Shown here in pieces: positions 38,162 through 45,978 of a stretch of DNA of 64,000 bases; position 1 is the first letter of the stretch, and every line of letters begins with the position of its first letter. The notes below the pieces were generated by a model that saw only the letters and a list, made by a program, of their open reading frames with translations, searched no databases and had not been told where the DNA came from. Origin of the DNA: Caenispirillum bisanense (lineage in GTDB: Bacteria > Pseudomonadota > Alphaproteobacteria > Rhodospirillales > UBA2165); assembly GCA_945877815.1 (NCBI GenBank), contig CAMDWJ010000019.1, forward strand, positions 8,596 through 72,595. Direction: 5' to 3'. Position numbers and translations under genes: made by a program.

Positions 38162-38350
38162 TTGATTGATCATGGACACGCGCGTTCTTGGAGTTGGTAT
38201 CTGGTGACGACACGCGGCAGTCATCGGCAGTATAAACATGCGACGAAGCCTGGGCGCGTGACGGTGGCGGGAAAACCGTCCGACGATGCCGGGCCGGGCA
38301 CGCTGAGCAGCATTCTGAAACAGGTCCAATCGACGAAGGACAAAAGTTGA
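38162..38350 (+). CDS. hicA: HicA-family toxin; the N-terminus is possibly frameshifted
   Basis: WYLVTTRGSHRQYKHATKPGRVTVAGKPSDDAGPGTLSSILKQ is a canonical HicA core. The ORF starts at TTG. A typical HicA opening, MKVRDII (ATG 38142), lies in a different frame just upstream. Confidence 0.75.
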   Translation: MIDHGHARSWSWYLVTTRGSHRQYKHATKPGRVTVAGKPSDDAGPGTLSSILKQVQSTKDKS

Positions 38351-38556
38351 TGCGCTACGCGGTGGTGATCGAACAGGCCGAGGGCAATTATTCGGCCTAT
38401 GTGCCCGACCTGCCCGGCTGCGTCGCAACCGGCGCAACCATCGCCGCCGTCGAGCGTGAAATCCGCGCGGCCATCCGCTTCCATATCGAAGGGCTGACGG
38501 AGGACGGCGCCGCCGTGCCCGCCCCCAGCAGCATCATCGAATATGTCGAGGCGTAA
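38350..38556 (+). CDS. hicB: HicB-family antitoxin
   Basis: MRYAVVIEQAEGNYSAYVPDLPGCVATGATIAAVEREIRAAIRFHIEGL. The ATG overlaps the hicA TGA (TGATG). Confidence 0.85.
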   Translation: MRYAVVIEQAEGNYSAYVPDLPGCVATGATIAAVEREIRAAIRFHIEGLTEDGAAVPAPSSIIEYVEA

Positions 38557-38576
38557 GCGGGCGAAGGCCGGTCGAA

Positions 38577-38849
38577 ATGAACGAAAAAGATACCGCGCAA
38601 TTCTCGGCGGATGAACTCAAGGCGCTGCGCGCGCGCGGCGCAACCGCGACCCGCGCCGACGCGCCCGAACGCGCCGTCGAGCCTGAATTCTGGCGCACCG
38701 CACGCGTCGTCCTGCCCGGCCCGAAAACCTCGATCCATCTGCGCGTCGATACCGACGTGTTCGAATGGTTCCGCGCGCGCGGCAAGGGGCATCTCAGCCG
38801 CATGAACGCGGTGCTGCGCTCCTATATGGAGGCCCATTCGCGCGACTGA
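38577..38849 (+). CDS. BrnA/DUF4415-family antitoxin-like protein with no adjacent BrnT
   Basis: C-terminal block SIHLRVDTDVFEWFRARGKGHLSRMNAVLRSYMEAH is typical of this antitoxin family. It lies 20 nt downstream of hicB on the same strand. Confidence 0.7.
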   Translation: MNEKDTAQFSADELKALRARGATATRADAPERAVEPEFWRTARVVLPGPKTSIHLRVDTDVFEWFRARGKGHLSRMNAVLRSYMEAHSRD

Positions 38850-39002
38850 AGCGTGGGGCCCCGATAAGTCGAAAGATGGATACGCGGGTCCAGTGTTTAG
38901 CCGCGACATGACGGACGGATCAGTCCCTCTTGCCGCCCCTGTCCCTCCCCTATATCGATAGCGACCCCTGAGTATTCTGCCTCCCCGTGGGACCCAAAAC
39001 GA

Positions 39003-39479
39003 ATGACGCCCGTACAAATGCTCGCCGTGGCGCTGGCCTATATGGTCGACGTGGATCACTCCCGGCCGGCGGAAGAACGCGCCGAACTGATCGTCGTGTT
39101 CGGCAAGATGGTGACACGCGGCGAACTCAACGATGCCGGCCTCGCCGCCTTGGTGAAGTTCGCCTTCGACTATGCCGAGACGACGCCGATCGACGATTTC
39201 CTGACCGAGGCAGCGGAAAAACTGGCGCCGCTGCAAAAGGTCGCGATCTATGTCAACGCGCTCGACGTCATGCTGGCCGACGGGCGCGTGGTCGAATCCG
39301 AACAGGGCCTGCTCCAGAAAATACAAGAAGCGTTCGGTATCGAGCACGATACCGTACGGGCGATCCGCGAGGTGCTCCACGTCAAGAACGACACAGCGAT
39401 GTTTCTGCACCCCGAGCACCCACGCAATGCGCGCGATTCCTTCCTCCGCGTCGCCTATCGGCAGGGGCGCAACGATTAG
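39003..39479 (+). CDS. Hypothetical protein, TerB-like fold suspected
   Basis: Helical protein with LAVALAYMVDVDH..EERAEL.. and VMLADGRVVESEQGLLQKIQEAFGI, resembling TerB/DjlA-N-type repeats. This is assigned by eye only. Confidence 0.45.
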   Translation: MTPVQMLAVALAYMVDVDHSRPAEERAELIVVFGKMVTRGELNDAGLAALVKFAFDYAETTPIDDFLTEAAEKLAPLQKVAIYVNALDVMLADGRVVESEQGLLQKIQEAFGIEHDTVRAIREVLHVKNDTAMFLHPEHPRNARDSFLRVAYRQGRND

Positions 39480-39587
39480 GGTTAAGAACCCAGGTTATTA
39501 AAAAGAGCCGTCATGCCCTTACTTGTTACGGGCATCCACGAGTCTTTTCGCGCCGACGCGCTTTCGTCCGTGGATGGCCAGGACAAG

Positions 39588-39807
39588 CCCACTGCTGTCC
39601 GGTTTAAATCGGCCGTCATGCCTCGGCTTGCCCCGAAATCCTCATCCTGAGCCTGTCGAAGGATGGGCAGCGGCCCCCCTATGCTTCGACAGGCTCGGCA
39701 TGAGGCACGCATTGGAGCAAGTCCTCGTCCGAATCGAGCATGCAAAAAGCATAACCGCCGTAAGGCATTGCGCGGCCTCAGTACATTTTAAACCGGACAG
39801 CAGTGGG
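39588..39807. mobile_element. Miniature inverted-repeat element (about 0.2 kb, no coding capacity) with perfect terminal inverted repeats and a flanking direct duplication
   Basis: CCCACTGCTGTCCGGTTTAAA at 39588-39608 is the exact reverse complement of TTTAAACCGGACAGCAGTGGG at 39787-39807. GGACAAGCCC occurs directly outside or overlapping both ends (39581-39590 and 39806-39815). Confidence 0.7.
39640..39705. repeat. Family-A palindromic repeat (complete copy), located inside the miniature element
   Basis: cctcatcctgagcctgtcgaaggatgg ... gcttcgacaggctcggcatgagg. Confidence 0.8.
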
Positions 39808-39839
39808 ACAAGCCCGGCCATGACGGTCAAGAGTGATAC

Positions 39840-41378
39840 TTATTGTTTCCAGCCGTAATCGCCGAGGATCGGCACCGCCTTGGTCAGCGGGTTCGCCTTG
39901 ATGAAGACGTCCTTGTTGTGCGCCCACACGATCGGCAATTCCGATACCGGCAGGATGTAGGCCCCCTGATTCACCCGATCGAGCGCGGCGGTATAGAGCT
40001 TGCCGCGCTTTGCATCGTCGAATTCCATCTCGCCGTCGGAGGAGGCCTTGGCGATCACCGGGTCCTTCCAATAATCGCGGTTGGATTCGAAGAAGAAGGA
40101 CAGCATCACCTGGGCGTCCGGATGCGTGCCGGCCGGATAGAAACCGGTGAAGGCGGTGAATTCGCCGTCGCCGCGCTGGCGCACATAGGCCGCGTTCGGC
40201 AATCCTTCGACCGAGGCGCGGATGCCGACCTTACGGACCTCGCCCGCGATCGTCTCGGCCACGTATTTGACCGGCTCGTGCGCGTGCAGCACCAGATCGA
40301 AGCCGTTCGGGAAGCCTGCTTCGGCCAGCAGACGTTTCGCCTCGGCCGGGTTATAGCCATAAGGCTGCGTGGTCGGTTCGCATGCGATCGCCGAGCGCCA
40401 GCAGATCGTATCTGGAGTCAGCGCGATGTCGCCGCCGGGAAGAACCTGTTTCTGGATCAGCTTGCGGTCGATCGCCATCATGAAGGCCTTACGAACCCGC
40501 TCGTCCGTCATCGCCTTGTTCTTGGAGCGGCCGAGCGCATCGAGCGTCACATACAACAGCATGCTGCTGCTGGTCGGCGTCACCCCGATATTCGGCTGCT
40601 TGGCGAGATTGGTCTGATCATCCTGTGTGATGTTGCGGATCAGGTCGAGATTACCCGTCAAAAGCTGCGCGACCTGGGTTTGGCGGTCGGGCACGAAGAC
40701 GGCCCGCACGCGTTTGATCGGCGCCGGGTAATAACCCGACTTGTCCCAATAATTGTCGACGCGTTCGACGATCATGCCTTCGTTGCGGCCGATCGAGACG
40801 ACCTTCCAATGGCCGGTGCCGCTCGGATTCTTGCCGTAATCGGCCATGTCGTTGAGGGTCTTCATATATTTGGAATCGTGCATGCGCATGCGATAGCCGA
40901 GAATGCCCATGTCGGTCGAAAAGGCACGCTTGGAATGGATGCGGACTTTGTAGGGATCAAGGATCTCAACCCGCTCGACCCAATCGTAGCGTTCCTTGAA
41001 ACGGATCGTCACCTTGGGGTCGGCGAGATATTCGAGCGTCGCCTTCACATCCTCGGCGCTGAATTTGTTGCCGGTATGGAAGACAGCGTCGTCGCGCAGC
41101 TCGAATTCCAGGGTCTTGTCGTCGATGCGTTTCCACGATTTGGCGAGGATGCCGACCCACTGTTTTTTGTATTCGTCATAGGTCAGCAACGGCTGATAGA
41201 CGCTGCGATCAAAGGCGCCGGCCTCGTCCGAGGCGAAGTGATATTCGTCGAGCACCGCGAAGGTGTCGTTGATCGCGACACGGATGGTGTCTTGCGCTTT
41301 TTGTGCCGCGACCGGAAAAGCCGCAAGGCCGACGCAGAGTCCGAGTGTGGCCATCGCAGGCCGGAGACCTTGGAACAT
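39840..41378 (-). CDS. ABC transporter substrate-binding protein, family 5 (peptide/nickel/opine type)
   Basis: I chose the start at ATG 41378 because AGGGAG lies upstream and a signal peptide MFQGLRPAMATLGLCVGLAAFPVAAQ follows. Typical SBP_bac_5 body. Confidence 0.85.
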   Translation of the reverse strand: MFQGLRPAMATLGLCVGLAAFPVAAQKAQDTIRVAINDTFAVLDEYHFASDEAGAFDRSVYQPLLTYDEYKKQWVGILAKSWKRIDDKTLEFELRDDAVFHTGNKFSAEDVKATLEYLADPKVTIRFKERYDWVERVEILDPYKVRIHSKRAFSTDMGILGYRMRMHDSKYMKTLNDMADYGKNPSGTGHWKVVSIGRNEGMIVERVDNYWDKSGYYPAPIKRVRAVFVPDRQTQVAQLLTGNLDLIRNITQDDQTNLAKQPNIGVTPTSSSMLLYVTLDALGRSKNKAMTDERVRKAFMMAIDRKLIQKQVLPGGDIALTPDTICWRSAIACEPTTQPYGYNPAEAKRLLAEAGFPNGFDLVLHAHEPVKYVAETIAGEVRKVGIRASVEGLPNAAYVRQRGDGEFTAFTGFYPAGTHPDAQVMLSFFFESNRDYWKDPVIAKASSDGEMEFDDAKRGKLYTAALDRVNQGAYILPVSELPIVWAHNKDVFIKANPLTKAVPILGDYGWKQ

Positions 41379-41485
41379 GTTGCACTCCCTATAGGTGCGT
41401 TTCAGTAACGCTTCTTTATTTGAAGCTTTTGTTAAACCCATCATACATGGGAATTTCGGCCGTGACGAATGCGACGATTGAATTC

Positions 41486-42211
41486 TCAACGCCCGAAAAG
41501 CGCCAAAACCAGGGGTACCAGGGCTGCGGTGAAAAGGGCATTCAAGCCAAGCGCGATGCCTGCGAATGTGCCCGCCAGGGGATTTATGTGAAAGGCGTGC
41601 GCCGTGCCGATTCCGTGCGCGGCAAGGCCGGCGGCGAACCCTCGCGCCCTCCAGTCCTTGATGTGAAGGCCGTTCATCAGCGGCGTGACGATCATCGCGC
41701 CGACGATACCGGTCAGGATAACCAGCACCGCCGTCAGGGCCGGATCGCCGCCGAGCGCCTCACCGATACCCATGGCGACGCCGGCGGTCACCGACTTCGG
41801 CGCCAAGGCGGCAAGTACAGGACCAGGCGCGCCTAAAAGCTGTGCGATCCCCACCGCCGAAACAACGGCGACGAAGGAGCCGACCACCAGCGCCGCCAGC
41901 ATCGGCACCAACGCCTTCATCACGGTCGCACGGTTTTCGTAAAGCGGGATCGCCAAGGCGACGGTCGCCGGCCCGAGCAGGAAATGGACGAACTGGGCGC
42001 CCTCGAAATAGGTCGGGTAGGCGGTGCCGGTCAGCGTCAGGATCGCGCCGATAATCCACACCGCATGGAGAACCGGATTGGCGAGCGGATGCCGATTGCT
42101 CGCCACCGAAACGCGGTCGGCTGCCCAATAGGCGGCGAGCGTGACTGTCAGCCATAGCAGCGGCGTGTGTGAGAGATAAACCCACAAGGCAAATGGATTG
42201 TCGCCGATCAC
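41486..42211 (-). CDS. lrgB: LrgB/CidB-family membrane protein
   Basis: Polytopic membrane protein of typical LrgB sequence and size. 4-nt overlap with the upstream lrgA-like gene. Confidence 0.82.
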   Translation of the reverse strand: MIGDNPFALWVYLSHTPLLWLTVTLAAYWAADRVSVASNRHPLANPVLHAVWIIGAILTLTGTAYPTYFEGAQFVHFLLGPATVALAIPLYENRATVMKALVPMLAALVVGSFVAVVSAVGIAQLLGAPGPVLAALAPKSVTAGVAMGIGEALGGDPALTAVLVILTGIVGAMIVTPLMNGLHIKDWRARGFAAGLAAHGIGTAHAFHINPLAGTFAGIALGLNALFTAALVPLVLALFGR

Positions 42212-42588
42212 GCGGACGTCCTTTCCATCAGACGTGCGACCAGCAGGAAAGTGCCGACCGTCGCCAACAGCGCCAACAGTGAGGAAACAATCACCGCGAC
42301 GCCAAGGGCCACGCCGTATTGTGCAAAGACTCCGAGATTCTGCACCACGCCAACACCGGCCGGAATGAACAGCAACGAAAGATGTGTGAGCAACCCCTGC
42401 CCCGTGCTGACCAACGCATCATCCGACAACGCCGCCGGTAGATGACGCGACACGCGATCGCGCAGCAGCAGCAAGGCGAACAGCAGCGCCATGCCCATCA
42501 CCGGGCCCGGCACCGCGAGACCGAAGCCGCGCGCCAGAGCTTCGCCTGCAAGTTGACACGCCAGGATGACGATAAGCGAAGCGATCAT
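42208..42588 (-). CDS. lrgA: CidA/LrgA-family holin-like protein
   Basis: A 126-aa protein with four TM segments, paired with lrgB. Confidence 0.8.
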   Translation of the reverse strand: MIASLIVILACQLAGEALARGFGLAVPGPVMGMALLFALLLLRDRVSRHLPAALSDDALVSTGQGLLTHLSLLFIPAGVGVVQNLGVFAQYGVALGVAVIVSSLLALLATVGTFLLVARLMERTSA

Positions 42589-42600
42589 TCCAACTCTACC

Positions 42601-42686
42601 GTCATCGCCGGACTTGATCCGGCGATCCAGCTTTCGGTCTCGGTAGCAAAGTGAAGATGGATGCGCGGGTCAAGCCCGCGCATGAC
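42601..42686. repeat. Family-B-like palindromic repeat
   Basis: gtcatcgccggacttgatccggcgatccag ... gatggatgcgcgggtcaagcccgcgcatgac. Confidence 0.7.
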
Positions 42687-42697
42687 GCGGACTGGAA

Positions 42698-44053
42698 TTA
42701 ATCCCCTTTCGCGAACCGCGCGAAGCGTTCGACGTCTTCGGGTTCCAGGCTGACCGAGAGTTCGACATAGTCTCCGGTATCGCGACGCTCGACGACCTCG
42801 CCGCGTTCATAGACGCGCGTCAGCACGGCCCCTTCGCTCCACGGGATCTGCAATTCGACGGTGCGGCGGCGCCGGCCGAGGATATCGTCGAAGCGTTGGG
42901 CCAGCACATCGAGCCCCTCACCGGACTCGGCCGACACGAGGATCGCCTCTTCGTTGCCGCGCTCGACGCGATTGGCGAGTATCTCGCGCGTCTCCGGCGA
43001 CAATAGATCGGCCTTGTTCAGCACCTCGATCATCGGCGGCGGATTGTCGTCCTCAGCCGGGCGAAGTTGGGCCAGCACGTCCTCGACATCGCGCTTCTGT
43101 GCGTCGCTATCAGGATGGGCGGCGTCGCGCACATGAACCAGCAGATCGGCTTCCTTGACCTCTTCGAGCGTCGCTTGGAAGGCCTCGACCAACTCGTGCG
43201 GAAGATCGGAGACGAACCCCACCGTATCGGACAGGATCGCGGTCCGCCCGGACGGCAGAACGAATCCCCGCATGGTCGGATCGAGGGTTGCGAAAAGCTG
43301 ATCGCGCGCTTCGACCTTTGCCTCGGTCAGGCGATTGAACAGCGTCGACTTGCCGGCATTGGTATAGCCGACAAGCGCGATCGTCGCATGGGCATCGCGG
43401 CGCCGGGCGCGTCGATGCAGATCGCGGGTGCGGCGCACTTCCGCTAGGTCGCGCTTGAGCGACAATATACGCTCGTCGATAGCGCGCCGGTCGGATTCGA
43501 TCTGGCTTTCGCCGGGACCGCCGAGGAAGCCGACGCCGCCGCGCTGGCGCTCAAGATGCGTCCAGGCGCGCACGAGACGAGAGCGCTGATAGGTCAACGC
43601 CGCCAGTTCGACCTGCATCGTGCCTTCGCGGGTCCGCGCGCGCGCGCCGAAGATTTCAAGGATCAAGCCGGTGCGGTCGATCACCTTGCACTTCCACGCG
43701 CGTTCCAGGTTCTGTTGCTGGACCGGGCTCAGCCCCGCATCGACCACGGCCACATAGATCTCGGCTTCAGCAATCGCTTCGCCCAGCCGCTCGACCGCGC
43801 CCGAGCCGAAATAGGTGCCTGGACGCAGGCGCGAAATCCCAACGACCTCGGCCAAGCGTATATCGAGATCGATCGCCTCCGCCAAACCGACCGCTTCGTC
43901 CAGGCGTGCGGAAGAATCGCGGCGGGCACCACGTGAAGACCGTAAATCCGGGTGAAATACGGCGGCGCGGCCGGTTGTCGGCCGGGCGCGATAGTCCTGG
44001 GTACTATCCGTACTAGGCGGTGGCTTCTTCGTCGTCTTTCTTCTCGGGCTCAA
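42698..44053 (-). CDS. hflX: GTPase HflX
   Basis: HflX N-domain, G-domain [12 protein letters not shown] .. DTVGF .. NKAD. Directly downstream of hfq. The annotated ORF start overlaps hfq by 41 nt, so the true start may be internal. Confidence 0.9.
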   Translation of the reverse strand: MSPRRKTTKKPPPSTDSTQDYRARPTTGRAAVFHPDLRSSRGARRDSSARLDEAVGLAEAIDLDIRLAEVVGISRLRPGTYFGSGAVERLGEAIAEAEIYVAVVDAGLSPVQQQNLERAWKCKVIDRTGLILEIFGARARTREGTMQVELAALTYQRSRLVRAWTHLERQRGGVGFLGGPGESQIESDRRAIDERILSLKRDLAEVRRTRDLHRRARRRDAHATIALVGYTNAGKSTLFNRLTEAKVEARDQLFATLDPTMRGFVLPSGRTAILSDTVGFVSDLPHELVEAFQATLEEVKEADLLVHVRDAAHPDSDAQKRDVEDVLAQLRPAEDDNPPPMIEVLNKADLLSPETREILANRVERGNEEAILVSAESGEGLDVLAQRFDDILGRRRRTVELQIPWSEGAVLTRVYERGEVVERRDTGDYVELSVSLEPEDVERFARFAKGD

Positions 44054-44270
44054 AGAGTGAAATCGGCCCGGATGGCATCACCGTCGAGATGGCGTGCTTG
44101 TAAACCAATTGCGTGTGGCCGTCGCGGCGCAGAAGCACCGAAAAATTATCGAACCACGTAATGATCCCCTGAAGCTTGACGCCGTTGACCAAAAATACGG
44201 TCACAGGATTCTTGTTCTTGCGGACATAGTTGAGGAACACGTCTTGAACGTTTTGTGATTTTTCTGACAT
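44013..44270 (-). CDS. hfq: RNA chaperone Hfq
   Basis: [58 protein letters not shown] is an unmistakable Sm-like Hfq core. Confidence 0.97.
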   Translation of the reverse strand: MSEKSQNVQDVFLNYVRKNKNPVTVFLVNGVKLQGIITWFDNFSVLLRRDGHTQLVYKHAISTVMPSGPISLFEPEKKDDEEATA

Positions 44271-44391
44271 GGGTATGCCCCTAGTTCGTCTTTTTAACGG
44301 CGATCTGCGAACGTAGCCGTTCCACCGCGTGCAATCTTTTTCACCCGTAGAGTATTACATTCATAAGAACCTATTTAAAGGCCAGTTTTCG

Positions 44392-45039
44392 TCACAGAAC
44401 GGCGAGAAAACCCAGCAATTCGGCCGGAAAAGCGAAGGTGTGCTGCGGCGGATGCGCATCGAACTCGCCCGGCGTCGTCGGTGCCTCGCGCAACAAGACC
44501 GGTACGCAAGCGCCTGCATGGGCGCATTCCATATCGATGTTCGTGTCACCGACATACCAAATGCCGGCTTTAGCGGGCAAATGCGACGGCTTGAGTGCCA
44601 AATCGATGGGATCGCGGGCGGGCTTATCGCGTGTCGCATCGCCGGCGCCGACAAGTGCTCCGAAATAGCGATCCCAACCGAGATGGCCGACCTCGGCGCG
44701 CAACAACGCACCATCCTTGTTGCTGACGACGCCGAGATAAAAACCCGACCGGCTGAGCGCCGCGATCATATCGCCCGCACCCGGCATGGCGCGCAGATCT
44801 TCCAAATGATGGGCGCGGAAATGACCGTAATAGACCTCGCGCGCCTCCTCCCACCGATCGCCGAACATGACCGGAAAGGTGTCGCGGAGCGATTTGCGCA
44901 CGCGCATCTTCGTCTCCTCGAATGTCCACGGCGGATGCCCCATCGCCGCCATGACGGCATTCGTCGCCGAATGGATCGCAGGCCAACTGTCGATCAGGGT
45001 ATTGTCCCAGTCGAAGAGGATCGCACTTGGCCGCGTCAT
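44392..45039 (-). CDS. HAD-superfamily hydrolase (phosphoglycolate-phosphatase-like)
   Basis: ILFDWDNTL motif I, VVSNK motif II, GDTNIDMECA motif IV. Confidence 0.8.
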   Translation of the reverse strand: MTRPSAILFDWDNTLIDSWPAIHSATNAVMAAMGHPPWTFEETKMRVRKSLRDTFPVMFGDRWEEAREVYYGHFRAHHLEDLRAMPGAGDMIAALSRSGFYLGVVSNKDGALLRAEVGHLGWDRYFGALVGAGDATRDKPARDPIDLALKPSHLPAKAGIWYVGDTNIDMECAHAGACVPVLLREAPTTPGEFDAHPPQHTFAFPAELLGFLAVL

Positions 45040-45887
45040 ACCGTCTCAAGCGCGTCGAAATAGGCATCGACGAGACGGCGCGCGACTGGGCCGACAACGC
45101 CATCGCCGATCTTGGTTTCGTCGATCTGGATCACCGGGCGCAAAATCGCCGTCGCACTGGTATAGAACGCTTCTCGCGCCGTCTTCGCCTCGGCCAGCGA
45201 AAAGGCGCGCTGCACCACGGGCATTTGCGCACGTTCGGCGAATCCAATCAGCGCGCGACGGGTGACCCCGGGCAATATGCCCTCATCGAGATATCGCGTG
45301 ACCAATTCTCCCGTGGCGGTGACGATCCAGGCATTGGACGTCGTACCCTCCGTCACCATGCCGGCTTCGTCGATCATCCAGGCCTCGGCCGCGCCAGCGC
45401 GCATCGCCTGCTTCTTGCCAAGAATATTGGGCAACAAGCCGACGCTTTTGATGTCGCAGCGTTTCCAGCGAATGTCCGGGATGGAAATGACTCGATAACC
45501 GGCCAGCGAGGCCGAGCGCAACGGCGGCGTGGCGCGTCGCACGGCCACCGTCAGTACCGGGCGCATCGCATCGACATAAGCGTGGTCGCGACGCGCGACG
45601 CCGCGCGTCACCTGAAGATAAAGGCTGCCGTGCTTCAGCCGGTTGCGGCGCATCATTTCGCGCAAGACGATACCCAAAGAAGCGCGCGAACCGGGAAACG
45701 CGATACCAACTTCGGACAGTGAACGCTCTAGCCGATCGAGGTGCGATGCCTCGTCTACAAGCTTGCCGCCGTAAACCGCGATCACCTCGTAAACGCCGTC
45801 GGCGAACTGATAGCCGCGGTCCTCCATATGTACGAATGCTTCGGCATGGGACACGTAACGGCCATCGACATAGGAAATGCCGGTCAT
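45036..45887 (-). CDS. Class IV aminotransferase, D-amino-acid aminotransferase type
   Basis: EDRGYQFADGVYEVI, a YLQVTRG..RDH block, and EGTTSNAW. Confidence 0.82.
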   Translation of the reverse strand: MTGISYVDGRYVSHAEAFVHMEDRGYQFADGVYEVIAVYGGKLVDEASHLDRLERSLSEVGIAFPGSRASLGIVLREMMRRNRLKHGSLYLQVTRGVARRDHAYVDAMRPVLTVAVRRATPPLRSASLAGYRVISIPDIRWKRCDIKSVGLLPNILGKKQAMRAGAAEAWMIDEAGMVTEGTTSNAWIVTATGELVTRYLDEGILPGVTRRALIGFAERAQMPVVQRAFSLAEAKTAREAFYTSATAILRPVIQIDETKIGDGVVGPVARRLVDAYFDALETV

Positions 45888-45897
45888 AACGAAGATA

Positions 45898-45960
45898 CCT
45901 CATCCTGAGCTTTTCGAAGGATGAGGCGGCCCTCGTGCTTCGACAGGCTCTGCATGAGGG
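45898..45960. repeat. Family-A palindromic repeat
   Basis: cctcatcctgagcttttcgaaggatgagg ... gcttcgacaggctctgcatgaggg. Confidence 0.8.
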
Positions 45961-45978
45961 CAACATTAATCTTGGTCA

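Larger units (their letters stand above)
39510..39824. repeat. Family-B palindromic repeat whose right arm is split by an inserted miniature element
   Basis: Left arm gtcatgcccttacttgttacgggcatccacg. The right arm begins cgtggatggccaggacaagccc (to 39590) and resumes gggacaagcccggccatgac (39805-39824). Confidence 0.7.

Noticed and set aside
38850-39002. A pyrimidine-rich gap with two CCTCCCC motifs (about 38957 and 38982), reminiscent of anti-SD sRNA loops.
   Set aside because: I could find no convincing stem-loops around the motifs, no terminator and no promoter. It is more likely just the 5' region of the TerB-like gene.
38397-39419. A 340-aa minus-strand ORF spanning hicB, the BrnA-like gene and the TerB-like gene.
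   Set aside because: It overlaps three plus-strand genes, two of which have clear TA-family signatures. It has no recognisable motifs and shows shadow-ORF composition.
44013-44053. A 41-nt overlap between the hfq 3' end and the annotated hflX start.
   Set aside because: This is most likely an over-extended hflX ORF, with the true start at an internal non-ATG codon, rather than a genuine overlap. It is not informative without start-site data.
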